A stretch of DNA of 64,000 nucleotides from positions 163,097 through 227,096 of the forward strand of contig BFEA01000031.1 of the NCBI GenBank assembly GCA_003427395.1. Reading direction: 5' to 3'. Positions 1-10,959 of this stretch are shown here, piece by piece. This DNA comes from Chara braunii (Eukaryota; Plantae; Charophyceae). The position numbers and the translations under genes are program-made. The notes below the pieces were generated by a model, which was given only the letters and a program-made list of their open reading frames with translations, made no database searches and was not told the origin of the DNA. The first letter of the stretch is position 1, and each line of letters opens with the position of its first letter.

Positions 1-239
1 AAAGTCTTGCTTCTCGTGTTCTTCGTTCTGCCAAAGTGCCCTCACTAAGAGCAAACTCACACGGAGTACTCAAAAAAGTGTATCTAATTACAATCACGGC
101 CAAAGCTTGTTTTATTTCTTGGGACGTGCAGATTTGACATGGGCCCAAAAATTTGAAAACCTTCTGACGCTCTAACCTTGCCCCGAGCCCGCGTTTTACT
201 TCTTGTGCCGACAAGTTATTTTGCCACAAGGTTGAGGCT

Positions 240-1463
240 GTGTACTTGTGCTTTAGTGCTAGTACGACTATAGTTCATGCGCAGAGCGCTCCACTTTTAA
301 TCGTGCCAGCTGTTGAAGTGAATATTGGTGGCGACAGCAACCATGGTTATGGCTATGGAGGCGGTTTGAAACCTCGAGTGGAGTCCCTCGAGGTTACCGT
401 GACATCCATTAAGGTGTATCAAGATGCGGAGTTGGCACGGGTGCAGATCAAGAAGGAACAAGAAGAAGAACAACGAAGGCAACGTGAGAAGAAGGAACGT
501 GAAGTGTTTCATGTAAAGATCAGCGAGGAGATTGGAAAGACGTTGGACGTCGTTAAGGAACCATTAGAAGGGAAGAAAGAGAGTGGCAATGAAGAGTCGA
601 CCAAGTTGTGGATGGAGATCGAAGAACTAAGGAACTTGGGAGGTGCCTCCACTTCGGAGACAAAATTTGAGAGATTCAGGAGGAAGCAAGAGGACGAAAA
701 AACCTGTTTTGAGCATCGACTTGCTATGATGGAGGAAGAGATTGCTAGGCTGAAGAAGATGAATAAAGAAGCTACCGCCACTGCAGATGTATGGAAAGCA
801 GAGGCGCTTCGACCAGGCAACAAGCATGGGAGTATTGTTGTCATGACGACACAAGTCCCTTCCACCAAAACACAAGCGTCTGTTACTCCTATTCCACTGC
901 CCTCGAGCGATAAGAAGAAATTGAAGGAGCTGGTTGAACATTAAGATCACGAGATCGAGCTCTTGAAGGAATGCCGCCTCCGGGAGCTGAATGAACGCCG
1001 TCAAGCAGAGCAGGAAATGGATCGTTTGAAAGAGAAGATGGCTAAATTGGATATGGGAAAAATAACTCCGACAACCTCTAATCTGAAGGCACGGTTGGAC
1101 AAAGTGGCCGCTGCAACGGAAGATAAAGGTAAGAGACTGATGTCCCCTACAATGCTAGCGGTGCTCGCCAGAGTCGCCAATGACCGGGAAGCTTTCCTAG
1201 TTGAAACTCGAAAGTTTTTGCGACCTAAGACGAAGAAGGATATTCAAGCCATGTGTGCGGAGGAAGACGTTGTTTACGCCGTCCAACAAAAAAAACCAAG
1301 GAAGAGATTGCGATCAAATGTGCCGATGTCGCATTTGGAAATTGGAATAACAAAGAACATTGCAGGGAAACCAGGAGGAGTAGTCATTCACAATGTCTCT
1401 GAGAATGCTTAAGAACCTTCCAATGACAACACTTAGGACAACACTGACTTGACTACTTCGTAG
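240..1463 (+). pseudogene. Decayed ORF1 (coiled-coil) of Penelope-like element, copy 1
   Basis: ORFs 240-944 and 963-1412 are in the same frame, separated by a stop. They are E/K/R-rich, and the motif ADVWKAEALRPGNK matches ANQWKTEALRPRNE in the copy at 53446-53787. Confidence 0.7.
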
Positions 1464-1552
1464 CTTTGTGCACGAACGGGGTGTCAATTTGGAATATTCT
1501 AAGATGTTGTGTAAGAATTTGTTCCTTGTCCTCTGACCTCCTTCAGTGAAAG

Positions 1553-1900
1553 TTGTTGAACTGTAACTTGAACACGCTCCTTTGTATGTTGGTTTTGTTT
1601 TTGATCCTCGTTGGGCAAATTATGTGGGGAATCGAGTTGAGTGGTTTTCTGCTTCGTCGTTTTTGTAATAAATTTGACTTTGACTCTTCATGCAGACCTT
1701 TGGTTTATGCTTTGATATCTTCGTGGTGTAGACATTCATGCATAAGAAACACTTCATGTGACTTGCATACACGATGGATTGAACATGTTTATAAGTCGTG
1801 TAACTGATTGGGAGAGGTAATCGTAAAGATCGGTTGTATCGTTGGTTGTGCAGAATCTGATGTGGACCGCATGATTACATTGCCACACCATTGTGCGTAT
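1553..1900 (+). pseudogene. Degenerate GIY-YIG endonuclease N-terminus of PLE ORF2, copy 1, truncated
   Basis: FDSSCRPLVYALISSWCRHSCIRNTSCDLHTRWIEHV aligns with DLEACNGPLVYILVSHWSRHLYVGSTTRNLPTRWNEHV at 54265-54567. Confidence 0.65.
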
Positions 1901-1983
1901 GTTATGAGGCCCTTAGGGTGATTTCGTTGCTTGTGAAAAGAAAATATTCCGCTCTTTTTATAAATATATATATATATCAGATC

Positions 1984-2180
1984 AGGTTCAGCCTCCTGAT
2001 GAGTCGGTGAAACTCCAACGAAACAGTTTGTCGCAGCCCCTCGTTTATTGTCCTCTTCTCCCTCTCTGCGTACGGTTTACCATGCAACTCTATTTGACTG
2101 TATACATCGTCAAACAGAGTTGCCCGGTAAACCGTAGGCACTGGGCAGAGAGGAAGAAGAAGACAACAAACGAGGGGCTA
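1984..2180 (+). mobile_element. Hammerhead mini-element with an inverted partial copy, flanked by (TA)n
   Basis: CTGATGA at 1996-2002, stem II GTCGG/CCAAC, GAAAC, then the shared tail. The inverted tail copy lies at about 2107-2179. TA tracts occur on both sides. Confidence 0.75.
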
Positions 2181-2794
2181 TATATATATATATACATACA
2201 TATAATATAGCTACAGGTGCTACACTATATTTGCCCCTCAATTTTTTTTCACCTTTCACAACCTTCCTAACACTACTCCTAAGGCTACACAGGGGACCCT
2301 AGCAAGCATAGCTATCTACTACTCTGGGGGGAGGGAGGTAATTGCATGTTTGCCCCTTGCCCTTATGGTTTAGGGTGCAGGGTTGGGCCCACCAGTGGGG
2401 CTCGGCTAACACAAGAACCGAGCATTTGCCAATAGATGTATCTCCCTTCTTATCTTCCCCGACACCTATCCAGTAACAGCAGTGTCTAAGGCGAACACTC
2501 TCCCACTCACCACACACAACCCACTCACACTCGTCTATGTGACCGTTCGAACGTGCTGAACGTGCGTTCACGTTCGAACGCGAGCGTTCAAACACCCGAA
2601 GGACGTGTTCAAATGCGTCAAACGCGCCACGCACCACGTGGCGCGATTTTTTTTAACGCAACCCGCCCATCCGCATGCGCGCGTGGCGGACTACGGGTGG
2701 GGGGTTTGGTTAGTCAAAAAAAAAAAAAAAAAGTGTATATTTTCATGTTCTAGTCGTAGATTCATTCGATTTTGCTCATAAAATGGATGGTTGT

Positions 2795-2796
<2 letters not shown>

Positions 2797-2820
<24 letters not shown>
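2797..2820. repeat. (GATT)n microsatellite
   Basis: Read directly from the sequence. Confidence 0.9.
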
Positions 2821-2825
<5 letters not shown>

Positions 2826-3618
2826 GTTAGGGGGGGTCGCCCACCCCCCNNNNNNNNNNNNNNNNNNNNNNNNNNNNNNNNNNNNNNNNNNNNNNNNNNN
2901 NNNNNNNNNNNNNNNNNNNNNNNNNNNNNNNNNNNNNNNNNNNNNNNNNNNNNNNNNNNNNNNNNNNNNNNNNNNNNNNNNNNNNNNNNNNNNNNNNNNN
3001 NNNNNNNNNNNNNNNNNNNNNNNNNNNNNNNNNNNNNNNNNNNNNNNNNNNNNNNNNNNNNNNNNNNNNNNNNNNNNNNNNNNNNNNNNNNNNNNNNNNN
3101 NNNNNNNNNNNNNNNNNNNNNNNNNNNNNNNNNNNNNNNNNNNNNNNNNNNNNNNNNNNNNNNNNNNNNNNNNNNNNNNNNNNNNNNNNNNNNNNNNNNN
3201 NNNNNNNNNNNNNNNNNNNNNNNNNNNNNNNNNNNNNNNNNNNNNNNNNNNNNNNNNNNNNNNNNNNNNNNNNNNNNNNNNNNNNNNNNNNNNNNNNNNN
3301 NNNNNNNNNNNNNNNNNNNNNNNNNNNNNNNNNNNNNNNNNNNNNNNNNNNNNNNNNNNNNNNNNNNNNNNNNNNNNNNNNNNNNNNNNNNNNNNNNNNN
3401 NNNNNNNNNNNNNNNNNNNNNNNNNNNNNNNNNNNNNNNNNNNNNNNNNNNNNNNNNNNNNNNNNNNNNNNNNNNNNNNNNNNNNNNNNNNNNNNNNNNN
3501 NNNNNNNNNNNNNNNNNNNNNNNNNNNNNNNNNNNNNNNNNNNNNNNNNNNNNNNNNNNNNNNNNNNNNNNNNNNNNNNNNNNNNNNNNNNNNNNNNNNN
3601 NNNNNNNNNNNNNNNNNN

Positions 3619-3663
<45 letters not shown>
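3619..3663. repeat. (CA)n microsatellite at a gap edge
   Basis: Read directly from the sequence. Confidence 0.95.
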
Positions 3664-3665
<2 letters not shown>

Positions 3666-3912
3666 GCGCGCGCGGCCCCTAGCCCACCCCCTAGCGCCAA
3701 AACCCATCTGCGCAAACGCGTCAAATGCGTTTACCCGTGTTCAGTAAACGCTCGTTCACCGCGTTCAAAACCTGAATGGGAAACGCGCGTTCAATGAACG
3801 CGCGGTAACGCAGACACCCGTATTCGCAACCGTGTTGTCTGAAGACCCTACTATTACCAACTCGGAGCATCCAGCCGACTCTCTCAGTTGATTGACATCA
3901 AGTGTAACGTAG

Positions 3913-3982
3913 GCGACCATGCGGATTGAACCTACGACCTCTCAATGCCACTTGCATGCCTAACCAATGAGTTAGGCCGCCG
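3913..3982 (-). pseudogene. tRNA-derived sequence (pseudogene or SINE head)
   Basis: The minus strand has an A-box-like TAACTCATTGG and a B-box GGTTCAATCC. There is no clean anticodon arm. It shares AGTGGCATT with 31918-31972. Confidence 0.5.
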
Positions 3983-6099
3983 CTAAAAGATTGGTCACTG
4001 TGAGAGAACTAATTCGATTTCCTTTTTTAACTGGATTTTGTTCGAAGGATGTGATCTGGCTTGGAAGTCTTTGGGGATTTTTTGGAATTTTAGATTGTGG
4101 TTTTCTACATGGGAGGGGTTCCATCCAATGAAGTGGGATTGGAGGCCCCTGAATTTGCAGCTCTCTGACTTTGTAATTTTGCTTTGGGCACTGGGCCCCT
4201 ATGTGTCCCCCTCAGCCGCGGCCGAGGAGGCAGGCCGAGGCTGCATGACCGAGTTTGTGCGCAGCCACACCAAGTCTGGCACCGCACAAAATGGGGCGCA
4301 CGTGCTGTTGCCGAGCGCATCGGTCCGACACCACACAAAATGGGGTGGGACACTCCCGGCCGCATCACGCAGGAGTTGGTCTATTCCTCATCGCGATATA
4401 TACATGGAGCTTCCGCAAACCACTCTGGCCGAGTGCGTCAACAATACCTCTCGCGAGCCCCTACGACAGGATAGGGCCTACGCGAGGCACAACTTACCTC
4501 CACCTTACGGGAATTGTCACCTCCCTTTGGTGGGTGTATCCCCGTTGAGCTACCAGTTGTCAGTACGAAAGCTAATCAGTTGCAATCGCAGAGGTGGGCC
4601 AACCGAGGGCGTTTCTCGTTCGCTGTAGCATAGGGGGTACGCACGGTTTTACTCCTCTATTGGACTTGCACACGAACCGACGCACTGGGGGGTCCCAAGC
4701 GTGATTCATCGTCGGTCGACTAGGATGCATCCCACACACCACACGCACACCACTCTACTCACACACACACACGGAACGATACAAGACAAACAACACAACA
4801 ACACTCCTAGTCCTTTTTTGTATCCTTCCCATAACCTTCCGACTCGGAAATCAGACAGACGACATGCGTGAGACTTGAGCGATGCATAAATGCGATGCGC
4901 GTTGGCTTTGCCGTTAGTTGGACGAAAACCCACACATCGTGATGCGCGCGATGATCATCCCCGCTCATCCGCATGAGCCATATGGTCACCACGAGCATGA
5001 TTCTCATTGCGTCGGCAATGCTCTTCAACCTCCGTACGACACCCGCCTGCCATCGATCCCCTCCTTCATGCTTACGATGTCGGGCGGCCCAAGCCTTACG
5101 CCGTCGTTTACTTCCTTGACAAAGACATCTGCCGGTAACCGAAGTGGAACACTGCAACCAATTCGGACACTTCTTTTTTCAAGATTGACCAAGGCAAGAC
5201 TAAAAAGGATGACATCGGAGCCGAGAAGCTAAGAGAATGTGATCCGATGATCGAGGGAGAACTCTCTCGAAGGGACACCGAAAATTCCATGGCCAGAGAA
5301 AATCTAATAACTATAGCAGCAAAAAAGAGACCGCAAGCGTCGGACGAGTGACAAGGAGGGGAGACAGAAACTCATGTTCGAACCTTGGCGACATGTGAAA
5401 CAAGAAGGAGCATCCGACTCTTGCGGCAGGCATTTGGGGAACTAAAACGTCGACGACAATGGGAGGTCGGCGAGTCACCGCAGAACCGAAAACAGGAGTA
5501 GTCACTAAGCCGACTCTAATGAGGCCCTCGCATTTGGGACATGAGTCGACACTGAAGAAAGAACGACGGGCCCTACAGCCGAAAGACGGCCTCAGAAAAG
5601 CCGGATCTTCAAAATTCCTGACAGTTGAGCCCTTTTCGGTTGGCATGTGACCATTTGGGACCCAAACAGGCCCGGAACTAGGTTCGGGAGGCAGGCCTGG
5701 TACCGCGGCGCTGCAAAGTTCCCAACTTTGGCAGCACTCTGGGCTGCTGGAGCCTCGTGAGGCTGGGCCTGACAAACTATAAAAGCCCAACCGAGCCCGG
5801 GAACGGGGGATTCTCACTTACACACGGAAAGGGTGCACGGGCTGGCACACGAAGTGTGTTGGCTCATAAACGAACGGGGAGGGCAGGACACTTCCGGAGG
5901 CGCACAAGGCTGACACGGGTGTGCTGGCACAGGGGAGGCGCACTCACAGGGGCACGACAGAGCTGGAGAAAGCTGGAAGGAGCCGGGAAGACGCACGAAG
6001 GAGTGGGAAAGACAGGGGAGACGGAGACTGCATCCACTGGGGGCGAGCGGAGGCACCCCCCGACACAGACGGAATTGCTGCCTCTATGGATCCCTGTTG

Positions 6100-7287
6100 T
6101 TCCTCGACGCCTCCAAGACTGGCGCTGGAGACTTCGATGATCACGCAAGAGTCGTCACTTGCCCGCCGTCGTCGTCGGGATGGGGGGCGATGATGACTGT
6201 TTGCGAGGCGGCCGACGACCTCCCGCTACACAACCCGAACGACAGATTCACGCCGCCATCGCCTTCGTCACCGCCGAGCCCCTGCTCGAGGAGTTCGGTG
6301 TAGGATTGGCCATAACCTCCGTTGCGGCTTCCACACAACTCTATAGCCACCCACTCTTGGGTGGACCCGCTTCCCAGCGGCACGGTCCGTGACCGTCTGT
6401 CATCCCCCTCCTCGTCGGACGTGTCAGACAGAGGTTGCAAGTGCGGTGGCAGGTGCGCGTACCCAGACCGCTCCGACTTTGAACTCCTCGACGAGCTCTG
6501 CCCAACCCGCTGGCCACCACCCTGCTCTCTTTCAGAACTGCAGATTGCCTGGCGCCCCTCCATCCTGACGTCCTTCTTCAAAGACCGTCTTCTACGGGCA
6601 CGTCGCGGAACGTTGCCGAGGTTGCACACGTGGAAGACAACTAAGAGGAGCAAGAGGACGAGCAGCACCAGCAACGGCAGCCTCCAAAAGACGTCAGTCA
6701 TGAAAGGCACGTGGACAACGACAGCAGCTTGAAGACAACGGTGGACGTCCAGGAAACAGCAAGGGACAGTGGTGCAAATGACCGATCGCAGCTATCGACA
6801 AAAGCAGGGTAACGTATTCTGTCGCGAAAGACACTGCGCAATCGGGGGAGCGGGGGCTGACTGAAGTATTTGAATCTGTCGACTGTTGGGCACCTTCCCC
6901 CTCGGGGCCAAGGGCGGCGGCGCAAGGCAACCCCTTTTCGACGTTGCGGAGGCCGGCAGACCGCCAAAGGGGATCGTTGGCAGACAATTTCATGACGCCG
7001 ACTGTTGCCGACCGAAGATGTCCGTCCACGGGCCGCCGGGAACAGCAATGGACCAGTCGCATCGAAAATTGTCGTCGACAGAGTTGCCGTCGACGCCCCG
7101 ATTCTTCCTGATGCTCGAACTCCAAGGGACCTCGGGAGGTCCCTTGGGGAACGCGTCGAAATGGCTGTAGCCCGAGGAATCCCCGAGGAAATGTTTTCAC
7201 TTTTGTTTTTCAATTTCTTCCCCGAGGATAAGTGGAACGATGATTTCCTCGGGGGATTTACGCGTCCGAGGAGTGTCGAACGAGCCC
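6100..7287 (-). mobile_element. PIF/Harbinger-like transposon end plus the 5' part of its ORF (probably the Myb/SANT-like partner gene)
   Basis: The minus-strand terminus GGGCTCGTTCGACAC resembles PIF TIRs (GGGCCCGTTTG), with subterminal CCCGAGGA repeats at 7170-7272. ORF 6141-6710 (HLPPHLQPL...SYTELLEQGLGGDEGDGGVNLSFGL) resembles, from memory, the N-termini of repeated Chara Myb/trihelix-like proteins. The Myb domain itself is not visible. Confidence 0.5.
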
Positions 7288-7289
7288 CA

Positions 7290-7965
7290 ATGTATCGATT
7301 AATTCTATATTATCAATATGGAAAAACAACACCTATAGTACCCGATTCAACTACCGTAATCATCCCTAACCCTAAAAAATGCACGAAGCAGAACCCGTAA
7401 CCATGACTAATACTCAACACAAAATGAATTCCCAATTAAGAACTAATTAACCAAGACCTCAAAAACATCAAGAAGTGTTCACCTCAAAAAATTAAACCCC
7501 ATTTCGAGCAAAGCAGATTTCCAGTAAGCCGAATGTCCAACTCTCTCCAATCCAACAGCCAAAGGGAATTTCAGTCAAAAGGCAACAAAGGGGGGCAAGC
7601 CCACTGTGGGCTGCAGCCAATGAAGATTATTCAAAATGACATGCTTGATGGGGGACAACATCAAGCCTGTCATTATGGATAATCTCCAGAGTATTATTCG
7701 ATTATAATGGCAGGTCCATTGACCAGTCTCGGTCAACCAAATGGCTGCCAAGTGCCAGGATTCCGATGTATCAATTGATCCTATATTATTAATATACAAA
7801 AACAACCACACGAATTCCTGACGTATGCCCGATGCAATTAACGTAATAATCCCTAACCCTAAGTTATCTACAAAACAGAAACCATAATCATGGCTAATAC
7901 TTCAACACAAAAAGAATTCCCAATTAAGGATTAACTAACCAAACCTAAAATTATCAAGAAATGTT
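7290..7965. repeat. Diverged direct repeat (about 7290-7480 and 7766-7965)
   Basis: Shared blocks CGTAAT.ATCCCTAACCCTAA and CAACACAAAA.GAATTCCCAATTAAG. Confidence 0.75.
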
Positions 7966-8114
7966 CCACTTGACAATTGGAAGATCTTAATGAAAATCAC
8001 GTCAAAAAGTAAAACCAATTTAGCGATGGATATTTTGCAAAGGAGAACACCAACATTTTTATTGTAATCATCATCAGGGTAGCCGCTTCAGATAAGAATC
8101 GATAATTGTGGAGG

Positions 8115-8582
8115 GAAGAGGGAGAAAGAAGGAGCATAAAGGAATCGGAAAGAGGAGGGAGAGGGATATCGAGCAGCAGCAACAGAAGCAGCACTGCCAG
8201 CAGGAGCAGGAGCAGGAAAAGGAGGAGGGGAAAGAGGAGGGAGAGAAATCGCAAGTGAAAAAAACACAAGCGGCTGGTCGCAATAGATCAATCTCAGTCA
8301 ACCAAATAGCTGCCACGTGGCAGAATTGTGACAACAGTAGAAGGTTTTCCAGATTAGGAAAGAGGGAGAAAGAAGGAGAATGAAGCAATCGGAAAGAGGA
8401 GGGAGAGGGAGATAGAGCAGCGGCAACAGAAGCAGCAGGAACAGGAGGAGGAAAAGGAGGAGGGGAAGGAGGAGGGAGAGAATCGCAAGTGAAGAAATCA
8501 CAAGCGGCTGGTCGCAGTAGATCAATCCCAGTCAACCACATAGCTGCCACGTGGCAAGATTGTGACAACAACAGAAAGTTTC
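8115..8582. repeat. Tandem duplication, about 240-bp unit
   Basis: AATCGCAAGTGAA...CAAGCGGCTGGTCGCA...TAGCTGCCACGTGGCA...TTGTGACAACA occurs twice. Confidence 0.85.
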
Positions 8583-9167
8583 ATAACCTCATATCACACC
8601 GATTCGTTTTCTCACCAATCAACAACAAATCGCTCTTCACTTGCCACTCCTTCACGCCGACGATTCCCACGATCAATGTAGGAAGAGTAGCCGGATACCT
8701 TGCCACTATGTACATCATGAATGGAGGAGCTACACCTCGTAGTTGCACCCACAATTCGTGGCAAACCTTGATGGAGTGAACCTCCCTTCACCAACAGCAG
8801 CACCCGACCAAGGCTGACGCAACAGCGATGTATTTATGGAGGCTCCATATCTGTGACTAAGGCGAATACCCTGACCTGTTCATAATACTGATAAGGGGGC
8901 CGTCGTCCAAATTCCACCCATGCCTGCCAACCTGGCAAGGGGGAGGGATCATGAGAGGGACAAGACAATGTTATTCGGTCGCAGGGGAGTTACCCTCCCC
9001 ACAATACTCCCGGCGTCCGCAACGGCCCTGGCCGTATGCTGCCGCCCTCCGACCTCTCCCAACTCGGGCCCACCCTGCATAGTGTGGGACACACAATTCC
9101 GAAATGGTCTGCGACCTGCCGAAAAATCCGGCCCTAACTCACAGGGCCGTGGGTCCTCGGGTGTCGG

Positions 9168-9204
<37 letters not shown>

Positions 9205-9220
9205 ACCAGCTGTGCAACCC

Positions 9221-9258
9221 CTGTCTCTTATACACATCTAGATGTGTATAAGAGACAG
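9221..9258. other. Nextera mate-pair junction adapter (assembly artefact)
   Basis: Exact CTGTCTCTTATACACATCT+AGATGTGTATAAGAGACAG, i.e. two head-to-head Tn5 mosaic ends. Confidence 0.98.
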
Positions 9259-9402
9259 ACGCAGGACAGAGATGGATTCTGCACACAAACGGGGTTAATC
9301 CTTCCTGATTGGGGAAGCAATCAATGCCCCGGGACTATGCTTACATTCGTGTTATGCAGGGAACCTGCCTCCAGGGGAGCAGTGGCTGAGGCTCTTCCAG
9401 CN

Positions 9403-9435
<33 letters not shown>

Positions 9436-10959
9436 ACCAGCTGTGCAACCCATGCAGGAGAACCCAACCTGACATCCAAAGCCATATCCTCCCCACCCTT
9501 TCTTTTTTCCCTCCTTTGTTTTTCAATTTCACCTTTCACAACCTACCTACCACTACTCCTAAGCCTATACAGGGAAGAGTTGGAAAGACCCGCGGGGCGG
9601 ATAGAGATGCGCTAGCGCTAGCGCCCTGACACCAGCGGACCGGTAAGACCCAGGCGCCAGCGCCCTAACAACGGCGGACCGGTAAGACTTGGTGCGCATC
9701 GGCCCCCGCGTGAGCGAGGGCCCTCGCTTCTTGTGGCGAGGCCAACCACGACAAGAGTGCCTAGCCGCGCTCTGTTTCATCTAGTACCATGAACCGCGCT
9801 TCTTGTGGCTCAGTCCTCCATGCGCGAGTGGCCCCTAAAACGGCCACTAGAGGGGTATGCTAAGGCAACTCCCCTTAACGCGGGGCGTCAAGAGTCTTAA
9901 AGACCCTTTGTGAATAGGCGTATACCCTTTCCCTAGGAGGTGGTCTGGGACACCCCTCGTCCTCGCCCGAACGAACCTCGGATCTCAGAAGTCAGGCTGG
10001 CTCCACCACAACAGCATGGTATCCCGCCGCATAAGCGGTCCATTCCGAGTCGTTAGAAGGGCCGACCCCTAAGGCAACGAGCCCCCGCCTCAGATGCCTT
10101 CTAGGAAAAGGAAAGACGTCTGCCACGGCAGGCAACAAGGTCCCTTGTCGCCTGGCGTCGAGGGTAACTCAAACGAAAAAGGAGATCACAGAAGAGAAAA
10201 TCATTCACACAGACGGGCATAGACAGAGGGGGTCATTCGGGAAAGAACGGCTATCCTCAGGAAAAGTCTATGTCCAATTGATTTCTTCTTCTTTGTGTGA
10301 TCGCTTCGTTTCTCGTCGCCTACTAACTTCGCATTCCTTCAGCATACATACAAGTGAGCAACAGGAAACAAGCATCATTCTCTCATTGCTATTGACATGG
10401 TGAAGTTCCTTTTTTTCAAGCATCCTTCTACCTACATGCACATCAGATCAAACAACAATTTCAAAAGAAGACAATGCAAGTTCAAACTTACGTCAGACTC
10501 CCATTCACACGTGCAAACACACATTTCCTCTACCTTTTCAGTGAACATTCAAAGAACAGGGTCAAGCAAGTGCGGGTTCACACAGATGTGAAGGGGTCTG
10601 AGTCATGCTGACTGACCTTGAGTGAAGTTGAAGAGATGGCTCACTCAAGAAGACCATGTAAAATCACACCCCAGAGAAGACAGTCGTCACAACGAGTCGC
10701 CCGCAAAGCGATCCACACTACTCCCTAGAGCGATCGCTTGCCGTGACAACCTTTCAACACACAATCACCTCCCAACAATTTGATGGCGTCTCAGCGCCGC
10801 CGTCACACCAACCACACCACCACATCGTCGCCGTCAACACCAGAACGCGCTGCCTCAAAATGTCCCTCACAGTCTAAACAAAACGGGCAGCGCTTCCGCG
10901 TCACCACCGCCGACAAACCCGGCGTTGTTGCCACAAAATTTCAGCAACGCTCCGTTGTA

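Noticed and set aside
2691-3797. Long ORFs spanning N-runs (also 29339-30500, 55903-56748, 61448-62354)
   Set aside because: They are open only because of assembly gaps.
2481-3850. MITE bounded by weak inverted termini around CGTTC/GAACG-rich repeats
   Set aside because: The terminal match is too poor and the centre is a gap.
3913-3982. Functional tRNA gene
   Set aside because: The anticodon and T arms do not pair convincingly.
4038-6060. LTR/gag region
   Set aside because: No PBS, capsid or protease motif, or paired terminus was recognisable, so it was left unannotated.
9221-9258. Genuine Tn5/IS50 ends or horizontal transfer
   Set aside because: The sequence is the synthetic mosaic-end pair used in Nextera mate-pair libraries.
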